From Paramecium tetraurelia (lineage: Eukaryota), in contig CT868671.1 in assembly GCA_000165425.1 (NCBI GenBank), forward strand, positions 67,027 through 131,026: a stretch of 64,000 nucleotides of DNA. The letters run 5' to 3'. The notes beneath the pieces are model-generated. The model was given only the letters and a program-made list of their open reading frames with translations. It was not told the origin of the DNA and ran no database searches. Both the position numbers and the translations under genes were made by a program. Below are positions 26,196-39,980 of the stretch, piece after piece; position 1 is the stretch's first letter; the number at the start of each line of letters is the position of its first letter.

Positions 26196-26678
26196 CTCAA
26201 ATTTAACACTCCCTAGTAATTGAGTAAAGTGTCTATATATATATTCTTTCAATTCATCATTAATTTTATAATTTCTTTTTAAAAAATAATAACAATAAAT
26301 AAAATGCTTGACTAAATATTTATATAAATAATTCATTTATTTTATAAAAATATTTCTTAATAATTGGCAACAGTTTTAACAAAGTCTACATGAAATGAGC
26401 ACTTCATTGATAAATATAATAGAAAATGATGAAGTAGTAATATATTGATTAAATAATTTGATTAATAGAGAAGGTAAATTTAAATTTTATATAAAAATAT
26501 TTGAATGATAAGTAAAGGATATAATTTCAATTTAGAAGAATTCCTAGGAATTATAATAATAGAAAATGAAATTTTGATTAATTTATAATATTTAATAACT
26601 CATTTAAGATTAGAAATATTCATGCTATTAAAATTTATCTAAAATCATTATTAAATAATTATCAATATATATAGATTT

Positions 26679-29600
26679 ATGAACAAATAATTTTCTAGGC
26701 TAAGAAAGTAAATGTTTGAAAAAATAATTGAGTTAGATGATCTATCTATTAAATTATCAGATAAATTGGTATTATTTATTTAAATTCTTGGAGCTTTGCT
26801 AAATTTATCATACTTACAACCATAAGAACAACATAAATACATATATATAGTATCTTTATTTGCTAGACCATAATTATATTTAAACTCTACTATTATGGGC
26901 TATTTTTTTCTAATTGCAAATATTTTTTACATAATAGGGATTTTTGTCAAAATTCCTGGCAAAAGACTTATATCATTGTATGGTGGATTGATGGTCACTA
27001 ATTTGTTGAATTTCGGAATGGAAATATCATCATCGCCCCTATGTTTTATTTTGTAACCCAGCCTAATTATGATATCAGGCCTTCACAAATTATTACTTTT
27101 GGAAACACTAGACGTGGAGAACATTAATTTCCATCAAACCAAAGTTCAGTATCCTACCTATCTTATATGGATTATATAGATCACTTAATCGTTGTTATGG
27201 TATTACGGTCAGAATAAGATGACACTAAATTTGATTGGATTATTGCAATCCTTATTATAATTAGCCTTTACGAGTAACTTCATTATTGCCGCTGTTCAAT
27301 TATACACAATAGTTTACACCTTTGCGATAATCTTGGGATTTGCTAATGACTTATCTTCGCTTTTAGTGATATTTCCTGTTTTATTACGCATTACACAATA
27401 TAGAGAATTAAGAAATAAACAAAAGGAAGGTTAAAACCCTCAAAACTCCAAAAGGATCGACAATGTTCTTATTTCAATATCAGTGCTGATTCAACAAAAG
27501 CAATATCAAAAGGCTTTATACTAACTTTAGGAGATGAAGGAATTGAACATCTACTATGAAGTAAAAAAAGATAGGATGAAATTAAAATGTTTGAATTTGA
27601 TAAAAACCATGATCTTTGCCAATCAATCAACCCAAAACACTTTTGTAGACTCAATTAACAAAGTCATATAAATTGAGGAGATGTCATATTTTTATATCAA
27701 AGAATTAAAAAACATAATTGTATAAAAATTGCAACTATTATAAAATGCAAAAGAAGAGAACTTTGATGCTTATTATGACTATTTAGATAAACTATCGAGC
27801 ATTGAGAAAATTCTCAATTCACTATATGAAAACCATCCAACACCAAAAAACAAGGCTATTTTGTTGTTCTTTAATGCAGAGATCATGAATAACTTCCATA
27901 AAGCAAGATTACTTTCTCATTAAACTAATCCTATCCAGTATGATAGTTATGATCTTAATAAATTAGCTTATCTAATCGCCAAATATGATTAAGGAATTAA
28001 AATATCAGGCATTTCCAACAATAATATTTTCTCTAAGGATTCCTCGCTAGGAATTGAAGGTTACATTCCTCCTGGAATTCGAGAGCATCACAATTCAATT
28101 ATTGAAAAGTTTATAGAGACAGGAACCTCTAAATATGTGAAACGATTTGATGCAAGTTTCATAGCCAAAGACAATGATCTTTATATGTCATCTATAGATT
28201 TTGGATTTAATGCTATAATAACAGACGAATTAAAATTTATAACTTTTATATAGGTCTCAATAGAATAACCAATGGCAATGATCTTGAATTCCTAATTGCA
28301 GATAACTTGTTTGAGTGAGTCCTTGTCTAATACTCTAAACATCTCACAATTTGATTTTAAACATATTGGATACAGTATCAAGAAGTTTTTACCCTAATAT
28401 TCAGAAGCCGAAAGCTATCAAGAGAACTTAGAATTGATCTTATCTGACTTAGAATAGGAGTATCCCTACGTAACCACTATCAATCAGGAGAGAAAGATCA
28501 TTAACAATCAACCCGCCTATTATATTCTAACCTTTTAATATATTCGAAAATCTAATTACAAATAGAAAAGCTTTACCTAACTGACATATTAATAAAGTAT
28601 TCTTGAGCCCCTTTCGTAATAGCAAGAGTATAAAACTAGATCAGACTTTGACTTTCTATTATATGGCAACGTCGCATAAGAGGAACAAATTGATGTCCCT
28701 TATGAGGAAAATGATTTCAATTAACAGTACTTGAATGATTTGAAGGAGTTTCAACAGATGGATGACAATACAAACATCTATAGTCCTGATAACAAATAAT
28801 AATAGAAGTGCAAACTTATAAGGAAGCAAACAATGGCTTCAAGATTGCGGAAACAACAATCCTTAAATATTAATTAAGATGAATATTTTTTCATGAAAAT
28901 GGCAGAGAACTCCTATAACTAAAGATCCAAAGACTTCCTTTCAGATTATTATGATTAACAACTCTCTATTTTAAATAAATTTATATTAGCTTTTTTATTG
29001 AGCTTGTTTGTGACATTTGCATTCTTTCTATTATAAACTGTTAAAGTCAACTCAGATATCAATAGCCTTATGGATGATTTGGAAGTTTTAGATTTTTCTT
29101 AACTTTGTTTTTAACCAATCGAAAACACTTTGTTGGTGATATTTTCATTAAGTGAATACAACCTATATTTTCTTATGAAAATAATCTCATATTAGCAATT
29201 AAGGTAGCTCACTCAATTCCCTTCCACTTAAATTGTGATCGGTTACAATCAGATATATACAAATTTCAATTAATTGGTTCAATAACCACTGCTACAACAG
29301 ATATTGGATGACAATCAACTTGAAATCTATCAATACACCAATAGTTCAAAGGAAGAAAGCTATATTATGACTTTGAGAAATGCGTTTGGTACTTTATTAA
29401 AGTTTTAATATGATGTATTGTTAGACTTCAAGTTGAATGGGAGAGTGAACGCTGATACTGCACAGATTTACTACACATTTAAAAATTACCTACCTTTAAA
29501 ATAAATAGTTACTGATTTACACAAAGATATTTTAGAAAAAACCATGATAGTTGTAGAGGACGATATCCAAACCATAATAGCCCTCCTCATTGTCAGTATA

Positions 29601-30742
29601 GTGGCACTTACATTGCCTTACCTTTTAAGTTATTATTACTTCATTGGGATAGGCAATTAGATTAGTAGATATTACAATATCATTTTGCAATTGCCTTAAG
29701 GCATGAGGGAAGTGCAAATCATCTAATATTAGCAATTGACCTCCAAGATTAACGAGGATTATGAATAGATTGTGAGGTATAAGTATAAGGAATAAAGATT
29801 TGGGAATGAAAAATCAAAGTAAAGCTATCAAAGAGTCAAAGTTTAAAATAGATTAAAGTATCGTGGACTACGCTGGAAGTTTGGATATTTATTATTGTAT
29901 ATTTTGATTCTTTTGAAATCTGGAATCTCATTCTATTTGAATAGAGAATATTTGTAAGGATACAAAGAGGTGGCTATCTTTTACAAGGCGCTATCAGATT
30001 TAAGCATAGACATCCCCTCAATGTATGCAGCCAGGGAAGTGTTGTATTTCAGAACTTCATTTCCCTATTTGAACAACGATACCATCACATAATTGCTATA
30101 GATCATTGATTAGGGGTTGAATAGAACCAAACTATTTTTGGAGAAGCAGTTCATTTATGACAAGTAAACATTTATATATATTTGAAGAGTTATACTGTCA
30201 GATCAATTTTAAGAGTACTATGATTCATTAGCAAAGGGAGACTTGTGCAGTTTGTTGCCAGAAGAATTATAATAATAAACTAGTTCATTTTGCCAATTAT
30301 TATTCAATGGCAATATGAGAAATGGGTTATACTCGACTTTGACAATAATAACTAATAGTTTATAGTCCGAGTTGAATTATAATCAATTTAAGGTAAGGAC
30401 TTCTGTCTAGTTTTATGATTTAGAGGGTCCATATATAATTTCTGGTATTGTAAGTAGATTATATTAAAATATGAGGGATGACATGCATATAGAAACTAAA
30501 TCACTTTTAAAATTAATGAATGTAAGAAAATCCATCTGAAATTATAGATAGCAGGCATTAGTTTACTTTCTCTTTTGGGGGTGTTGATATTGTTCTCAAA
30601 GTTTATAATTTTTGATCGATTGGCAAAGTTGTTTGAAATTAGTAAAAAATTTATATCGTTTATTCCTATAAGGATGCTATTATAGGATGAAGGGATGGAA
30701 AGATATATTAAAAATTTAATGTATAAAAATAACTTATCCTGA
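26679..30742 (+). CDS. Large polytopic membrane protein with PAS-like domain (tandem paralog 2)
   Basis: Same architecture; PAS-like EGYIPPGIREHHNSIIEKFIETGTSKYVKR; FYKALSDLSIDIPSMYAARE aligns with FYKGVSDIGTDVPCVFAQS in paralog 1. Confidence 0.82.
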
Positions 30743-31302
30743 TTTATTTAATGTGTGTTAAATAATTTATTAGAAAGATAATTTCTTGGGATTCATGAAT
30801 CAGAATGACCTTAGAAATTCTTAAAACCAATATTAAATAAGAATTAATATTTTCTTTGACAAATTAATTTAGAAATATCTTTACGCTCTCCTTTATTAAA
30901 TGGTATATTTTTGTAGAGAAGAGTGGATATATAATAATGTGTGCAGTTTTCATCAAATAAACGAAATATCTCAATTGCTAATTCTCAAATTCCTAATTCA
31001 TCAGTTTCTAATTAGGGTTGCGATATAATGTACGATTCACATTTAGAAAATAAAAGTATGAGCAAAGAGAACATATTTAGAAAGGGAGTCAACCCTTAAA
31101 ATTCAACGATTAATATTTTTTATAAAAAATAAGTCAATTTTTAGTGAAATTATTTAGTGATAATTAATTAATACCAGATATCACTGCTTTATTAAACAAG
31201 AAACTTATCAATAATATTTATTTTGCCTTTTTAAGCGTGATTAAAAATAAAATTTAACGTAAATTAAATTAATATCTGTTTGCTAATACCCTTTATAAAA
31301 AA

Positions 31303-32935
31303 ATGTCAACGAATACTGTAAAAATGCTTTAATAGCGTAATAATGATATTGAAGTATCATGTTTTGAAGATAAATTACAAATTTCACCATCAAAATAAAA
31401 TAAGGAAAATTCACATCTGTCTAAATCCAAAACTTGTGACATGAGTGATCTTGTTAGATTGCTACATAAAGTGGACATTCAAGGTGTCTAATAGGGAGGT
31501 AGTATAATTATTAAATCAATAGACTAAATCGAATAGGAATAAGACAGTACCCCTAAGAAATAAGTTTAATAAGGAAAAACCTGCAGGTATATTCCTTTGA
31601 GAAGTGGTTAAAAGCAGAATCTAAATGAAGAATTCCAATATCGAGAGATTGAAGAGGAGAATCAAGAACCATAAAAAGGAAGTGACTACAAAGACCAGGG
31701 AAATGTCACTCTGAAAGATATCTATAAGATGCATGTGTTTGGTCAACCCTTATAAAGTGAGTAGCTCTAGTGGGAATCCAAGAATTTATTGCATTTTGCT
31801 GACAATACTCCCTCAAAACGAAAAATACTGTCAGACATAAACCCAGCTGTCTTGGAAACTTACTAAAACCTGATGGACTACAGAGAATAATACTAAAATA
31901 GTTAAGACTATCAATTCAGCCAAAGAAAGATTAGTAAAGTGCCATTTAAAGTATTGGACGCTCCCTAATTATAAGATGATTTCTATCTAAATCTAATAGA
32001 TTGGAGTTCCTAAAACGTATTATCAGTGGCTCTATCCTCATGTGTTTATTTGTGGTCTGCTTATAACAATAGAGTAACTAAGTTTTGTGATTTCGGTAAC
32101 AATGATATGGTTTGTTCATTGATATGGAATCCCTAAGGAAATCAATTGGCCATAGGAACAGGTTCAGGAGAAGTGCATATATATGATTAAGAGAAGATGA
32201 AACGAATATAAATATTGGAAGGACATTCTGCTAGAGTTGGATCTTTGGCTTGGAGTGGAAATGTAAATTAATGATTCATAAATTAGACTCTATGTTCAGG
32301 TTCTAAGGACAGATCTATAATTTTACATGATCCTAGATAAAAGAAACAAACTGGAAAATTTGAAGGTCATAAATAAGAGGTTTGTGGATTGAAATGGTCA
32401 CCAGATGAATATCAATTGGCTTCAGGTGGAAATGATAATAAATTGTTTGTTTGGAGAATGGGTTCCTAAATTCCATTAGCTAAATTCAATTAACATTAGG
32501 CTGCTGTAAAAGCAATTGCTTGGTCCCCCCATAGACATGGCTTATTATCTTCAGGTGGAGGAACTGCAGATAGAACCATTAGATTTTTCAATACTCTAAC
32601 TACTTAATAGTTAGATTGGATCGATACTGGTTCATAAGTGTGCAATTTGATGTTCAGTAAAAATGTAAATGAATTTGTTTCAACTCATGGTTATAGCATG
32701 AATTAAATTGTGTGTTGGAAATATCCAGCCCTATAAAAAGTATTTAATATTCATATTCTAGGTTACCACCTTAATGGGTCATACTTCGAGAGTCCTATTT
32801 TTGGCTATGTCACCAGATGGAGAAACTATAGTGACTGGAGCTGGAGATGAAACTTTGAGATTTTGGAATGCTTTCCCAAGAAAAGAATAAGCTCAACCAA
32901 TCAACACTGTTTTACTTCCTTAGATGATTAGATGA
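31303..32935 (+). CDS. FZR1: APC/C activator, Fizzy-related/Cdh1-Cdc20 family WD40 protein
   Basis: [80 protein letters not shown]-terminal IR tail; two introns. Confidence 0.92.
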
Positions 32936-32964
32936 AAATTATATTGTATTTTATTACTATTTAT

Positions 32965-33660
32965 TCATTATTCATTATAAAACAATTTCTAGATTCCTTC
33001 ATTAAACAATCTCGTTTTCTAAAATAGCTATACCATTTTTTTCCATTGATTCCCTCCCCAATTAACTGTGAGAAATATCGCATTTGCTTCACTGCATATG
33101 TTGTTTTGACTATCTTATACTACAGCTTTTAGGAATACTTTTCTTCCTTGAATATTTTACACCTCACAAGTTATGAGGTAGTCTTCGTTTAGTTTGATAG
33201 GTTTCTTATAATCTACTTAGAGATTAGCGGTCGCTGTTGGAACAAATCCAGCTGCTAAGAAACTGAGTTATCCGAAAGCATTATCGATTATCGTTGCCAA
33301 TAAACCACTATTAACATCATTATTGTTTCCCTTTACATTTTCAGAAGCATTGAAAACTATATGTAATTGATGACCATTTTCATCATTTAGATTACTCTAA
33401 TTATTGGAGAGATAGACTTTGAATAAATTGAAAGCGTTTTCATTTTATACTATCATATTGTGAAGAAAATGCTTTTGTCTTGAGCTGTGAAGCATATCAA
33501 TTATTTTTGGTTGACTGTAATTGTACTATTTAATGAATTCCTAGAAACTGTGCTCTTCATCTAAATCTTAAGTTGTTTGCAATGCTTTGATGTAAGGAGA
33601 GCATGAATGAATTAAATAACCTGTTACCCATGTGCCACATAACAATAATGACTTTTTCAT
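32965..33660 (-). CDS. Hotdog-fold acyl-CoA thioesterase (PaaI/THEM4-like)
   Basis: NVKGNNNDVNSGLLATIIDNAFG...TATANLQVDYKKPI...GRKVFLKAVV...EANAIF; intronless. Confidence 0.8.
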
Positions 33661-34449
33661 TAAAGGATTATTTTTAGAATCCTTTAATCAAATTCAATTA
33701 CTTAAGAATTAATTTTTATTCGTGCGCATTACTACGCAATATAATTTAATTATACAATTTTATTAAAAAATGAAAATAGGAAATTATTGTAGTTTTTCAG
33801 ATTCTTAATTGCTATTAAATCTGAAAAAGGTAATTCACAATCATAAAAGAAAGTTATGACAGGCAGAAGAATACATGGAAAAATAACTATTAGATTCTGA
33901 TATCCAGTTATATTAAGGCTGATCTTGAGATTTATATATAAAATTTTAATTTACAAAGCATATTAAGAGTGATCATCCACTATAGCATAGATATAGATTC
34001 TAAACTATGATATTGAAATTCAATAATATTTATATTTATAAGATTTGTAATTTTGATATATAATTTTGATTTGGTCAAAAAAGAGTCTTTTGAATTCTGT
34101 TTACCAATTATCAAACATTATTAATTAGTATCTAATAATTCTTTGTGGGTAATAAATTGTATTATGCATATTCTTGGATACTCTCAAAATTATTTATTTG
34201 AAAAGAGTTAAAATTATCTTTATATTCCATTTTGAAATAAACACAGTATATTATTTTTTATCTTAAATTCCAAATATAATGATATTGATCACATGATATG
34301 TTTTTGATGGAAAATTATATGTTAACTAATTATTATTAAATTTCATAAACCAAACTATAAAATTAGAAAGATTAATAATCCTTAAGAATGATAAGTAAAT
34401 ATAAGTATTTTTTTAATTACAATATATATTAACAAATCATACACAGGAA

Positions 34450-35898
34450 TCATAATTTAAAAGCTTCAAGTTCTAATTTTTAGGTCAACATTTAATACAC
34501 GTATTAACCTACAATAAGTTAGAATAAAGTACCAAATTGTGATTATTATATTTCTTGCAATAGTTATTAATTGTTTGTAATTTTTAGATATAATTCCTTT
34601 TATATTTCACTATCTGCAAATTTTAAAAAGTTTTAGACTACATAGTTACCATATGCGTTTTTTGATAACCTTACAAATAAAACTGGATGATTCTTTTGGC
34701 TCAATAGTAACTCCATAATTTTTAATTTGAATTTATTATCTGAACATTTAATTGCACAGTCAACAACATTGCTTAATTTAAAGATTGAAAATACCTCCCA
34801 AATTTATTTAGGCTATACTCTTCTATTTTGTCCATAATAATCTGCTAGATTTCAATTTGAATAACTTCTGGACCGTCTTTCAACAATTGCTGAATTATAT
34901 AATTGCCATATTAGGAAGTGCATAATTCTTGAGATATCTTCATGATTTCGTGTAGAACTCTCATCTATCTTTCGACGTGATTGTTTGAAATTGATACTGC
35001 TTTTTAAATAATTCTGCATCCGAATGAATTGGTAACCAATTTACTTATTTGTCCTTCAACTCCATCCAAAACCCAAAGACTTATATCACTTTCCATTAGT
35101 TGGATTAGTTTTTGAACCACGTGATTTCCATGTTGATCTATAACTAATTCTCTCACTTTCCCTTTAATTGAATCAAATAACGCTTGAAACTCCGCAGTTT
35201 TATGTGCATTTTATAACAACCTTTATAAGACTCTACATCCATATTGATGAAATGCAAGTTATTGAGTATGAGGCTATAAAATTACAAGCATTTTTTATTG
35301 CTGTATAGGAGTTCCTACCTTTATGTAAAATTAATACCATTTTCAAGGAGGTTTTGAATGACATAATTACCAAAGACATCTTTGGACAAAGATACGAATC
35401 CCTTTTCCAATTTAGTGAATATCAGATCTTTGATTGCAACAGGTCCTTCTTAGAATTGCTTTTAAATGCTTCTGGCACCATTTTAATCTTTGCATTTTGA
35501 TATCTATAATTATGAATTTTTGATTACTATATCTCCATCTAGACTTGTTTCTTCTTCTGGGATAAATTAGGTCATGGAATCATAGGATTTGGCTTTCAAA
35601 GCTGAATTAGGAGCACTTTGCTAAACAGGCACCTTTGTAAGTCGTAAATCCAAATCGTATGAACTTTAATAAGCAAATTAACAACTTAGCCTTCTGTTAA
35701 ACTTAAGGTGAATAAACTTTGGGTTGATAGACAGGAGAAGCCTTTTAGTATTATTTTATTTCTAATGCAGGGGGTCTTTAGTTGGAATATGATTTTTTTG
35801 TTTTCTCAGCTTCAAAACTATCTAAAACAGCTTGAGTATTTTGAAATACCATTAAGAAGATCGCCAATCATATCTTTCTCTTCTGGATCCTAAAACAT
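34450..35898 (-). CDS. Pumilio/PUF RNA-binding protein with eight repeats
   Basis: Repeat cores GARSIQ, GNYVIQ, GCRVLQ, GNHVVQ, GCRIIQ, GNYIIQ, GSNVVD, GNYVVQ; three tiny introns. Confidence 0.92.
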
Positions 35899-36113
35899 TA
35901 GATTGTATAAAAATAATAATAATTTTATAGTCGAGGAATGAAATATAATTATTTAATATACTAATTCACTCTAATCATAAAAGTTTAATAATAACATTAA
36001 ATATTTAATTATATATAATGTAAGCTTATTACATCATCTTCATAATTTATTTATTAATGAAGAGTTGAATTCAGGAATAAGATTATCATAAAATATAAAA
36101 TATATTTATTAAA

Positions 36114-37281
<1,168 letters not shown>

Positions 37282-37344
37282 ATCCGTAATGAATATAAGA
37301 TAACAAAATTTAATTATGATTAAATTTTAGGGTTATATTACTAT

Positions 37345-37832
37345 TCATGCTTATTCTTAACCAACCTACAATTCTAACTCTGCTATCCTTCTCTATAATC
37401 CTAATAATTATTATTGGAGAGCAGTCTTTTCTCCTTTTAATGCTGTTATCTACTATTATAATCTTGAATTCTCAGCCTTTTGATGTGCAAAGTGTCTAAT
37501 TTTACATAGATTCTCTTTACCTTTTCATTTCCTCTTCGATTCTCATAAGTTCATTGGTAAGAGTCTTTTTGACATCTTGAGTTTTCATACTCAAAACAGA
37601 CTCTAAGGTATCTTTTTCTGATTTGAGTATTTAGACTTCTTTCTTGTGAAAATTCATCTCATCTTGAATGCCTTTGATTGTTTCCTTAGATTGATTTATT
37701 TAATACTTCCAAACTCATCAATTTACCTTTCAATGAGGCAGGATTTTGAGAGCCGCCGAAACTTTGGTTGGTTTAACCTAAGTCATTTCCTTTGGCAAGA
37801 GTATTGCCTGCAGACTTAAAAGTATTACTCAT
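37345..37832 (-). CDS. Small conserved-looking coiled-coil protein
   Basis: SLKGKLMSLE...EVQILKSEKDTLE...RHFAHQKAENSRLQQQITALKGEKTALQQQLLGLQRRIAELELQVG; two introns. Confidence 0.8.
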
Positions 37833-37909
37833 AAAGAAATAATAATATAATTTAATAAATTTAAACGCATTCCTTGTACATGTACTTTACATAATATTAA
37901 TATATTTTA

Positions 37910-38734
37910 TCACCAGTCTTTCTCTGCCTTTTCGCCTTCAGCTTATTGTTCATGATCTTCAGCTTCTTATTTGACTTAATTGTCTGTGATGCCCAATTAA
38001 TCATTGGTAATTTCCTTGTGATAGAACAAATCAACCAAAACATCCCATTCTTCATCTAAAATAATTTAATATTATCAATATATACCTTTATTCAATTCTC
38101 CTCTTAATATTTTGACTTCTCTTGCCAACAACCAATAGATCATTGAAATGGATTTTGTTTCCCTGTTTCCGACTGGGATGGGAATGTCAACATATTATAA
38201 TGGAGTGTCAGAGTTGGTTAAGGCAATGACTGGAATGTTGACGTATGAGGCTTCAACAATAGCTTATCTATCCTATAAAATATATTAATTCAAATATTCT
38301 TACCAAATGTGGGTCGGTGACAATCAACAATTGTGGTTCTTAGAATTTACCACTGGCACTGTTGGATTGATTGGTCAATGTACCTGGTGTCCATCTTGCT
38401 GATCTTGTTGAACTGGCCTATGTGTAGTGAGCAAACTTAATGACTGCTCTTTAACCAATTGGTCTTGATGAAACAACCTGAATTATTCATGTTTATCATA
38501 CCATCACATCTTGAGGTTATTCAATTGCAGCAATAACTCTGGCAGCCAACTTAATGTGTTACCAGGTTTCCTCTAAATTGAGAATGTATGAACCATTATC
38601 ACTTCTATGAGATACATATCTCTTCATGTCAAAATGAAGTTGTTTTGTTCCAACGTGGCACTAAAGAGAAATCTAAATGACATTTTTACTTGTGAAGCAA
38701 TCAATCTTTTGATGTCTTATTCTTTTCTGCTCAT
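37910..38734 (-). CDS. RPSA: 40S ribosomal protein SA (uS2)
   Basis: [16 protein letters not shown]...[20 protein letters not shown]...[10 protein letters not shown]...[10 protein letters not shown]...[12 protein letters not shown]...DVLVDLFYH; four introns. Confidence 0.96.
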
Positions 38735-38815
38735 GCAATCAAATATAAATATCTATTTTTTTAAATATTTTACAAATCTCGATTATTTCTTAATCAATTT
38801 TTTATATTATGCAAT

Positions 38816-38837
38816 CCATTCAATAACCATTCAATAA
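38816..38837. repeat. Perfect 11-nt tandem duplication CCATTCAATAA x2 upstream of RPSA
   Basis: Read directly: ccattcaataa ccattcaataa, about 80-100 nt upstream of the RPSA ATG. Confidence 0.7.
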
Positions 38838-39259
38838 TCTCATTTAGATTCCTTATCTAAACCCTTCCAACATTATATAACACATCCATATACTAATATT
38901 TCCATGCTTTTCTAAATATTTCATAATAAAATTTAAAAATTGCAATAAAAACAACGCTATTTTTTCAAATTTTATGAGTAACCACAATAAAGATTCGCAT
39001 AAACTCATTTATCTTTTTAAAAATTTTCTCTAAATTGATATATCAAGAAGATAGATTTAATAAAGAAGACTATTTTACAACCATATATATTGAGTTATTC
39101 TTATAAATTCTTTTAAATGTAGTATTCAACTTTATTGAATTCTCTAAATCCATAAAGTTTTATAATCTATATCTTTAGAAATGTTATGGACTTATTATTT
39201 AAGTGTTAAAATTATAATCGGTAAAAATTGATAATATTCTATAAATTAATTTTTATACT

Positions 39260-39889
39260 ATGAAAACTATGGATGATAGAGCATTCAAGAGACCACTTCC
39301 GAAACAGTTTTATTGTGTATTATTAAAATATGAAGAGAAAGCCACCTAAGAGGATATATGCATGGATGAAGTATGTATGTGATTGTGATTAAGAATTTAG
39401 TTGGTTTAAATGACTCAAATGTATGGAGAAATAGTTTCATATTATGATTCACAAATGGATCCAATTACATATTATTTTATGGATAAACAACATCAATTGC
39501 TATAATAGATAGTTAGAAAAAGTAAATAAGATTAAGAGGATATATTAAAAAATCTTATAATGGCTAATCAATCAGATATTCCCATAATTAAAATAGATAA
39601 TTATAAACAAAAGAAGATGGTTCATTTGTATGAATTAGAAGAAGTTTAAAAAGTAAATGAAAGAGTCTGCGAGAATATTGTAGGATAATTTGAAAAAAAC
39701 AATGAAGCTAATGATTCCACTGTTCAGGAGGAATTTTAAAAACAATAGAATAACCTATATTTGCGATTAGCAAACAGGATAAAGAAAAAGCAAGATTATA
39801 AAAGAAATGGAGATCGTTTATCAAATTCATCAATAAATGTTTATCAAGTTCCCTTTAGAGATTATGATGAAGGTAAATTAGAAAGTTGA
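39260..39889 (+). CDS. Hypothetical protein with a YYDSxxDPIxYYF segment
   Basis: MKTMDDRAFKRPLPKQFY...QMYGEIVSYYDSQMDPITYYFMDK...; exact 5' intron boundaries uncertain; TGA at 39887-39889. Confidence 0.62.
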
Positions 39890-39980
39890 ACAATTTAATT
39901 TTATATTAAATACAACTATAGAATTATTAATACGATTATTCATTTATCTAATTTTTCTTTAAATAATGAATAGATTAAAT

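Noticed and set aside
30790..31045. 12-bp palindrome GATTCATGAATC and several imperfect hairpins, possible H/ACA snoRNA
   Set aside because: The stems rely on A-U/G-U pairs and ANANNA/ACA boxes are uninformative at this AT content; needs an Infernal search.
30805..31302. TGA-free frame from ATG 30805 continuous with FZR1, suggesting an N-terminal extension
   Set aside because: With TGA as the only stop, such open frames arise by chance in AT-rich DNA; the peptide looks intergenic (F/I/K/N-rich) and ATG 31303 has the usual A-rich context.
33770..33900. Short plus-strand ORF between the thioesterase and PUF genes
   Set aside because: Under 50 codons with no recognisable motif.
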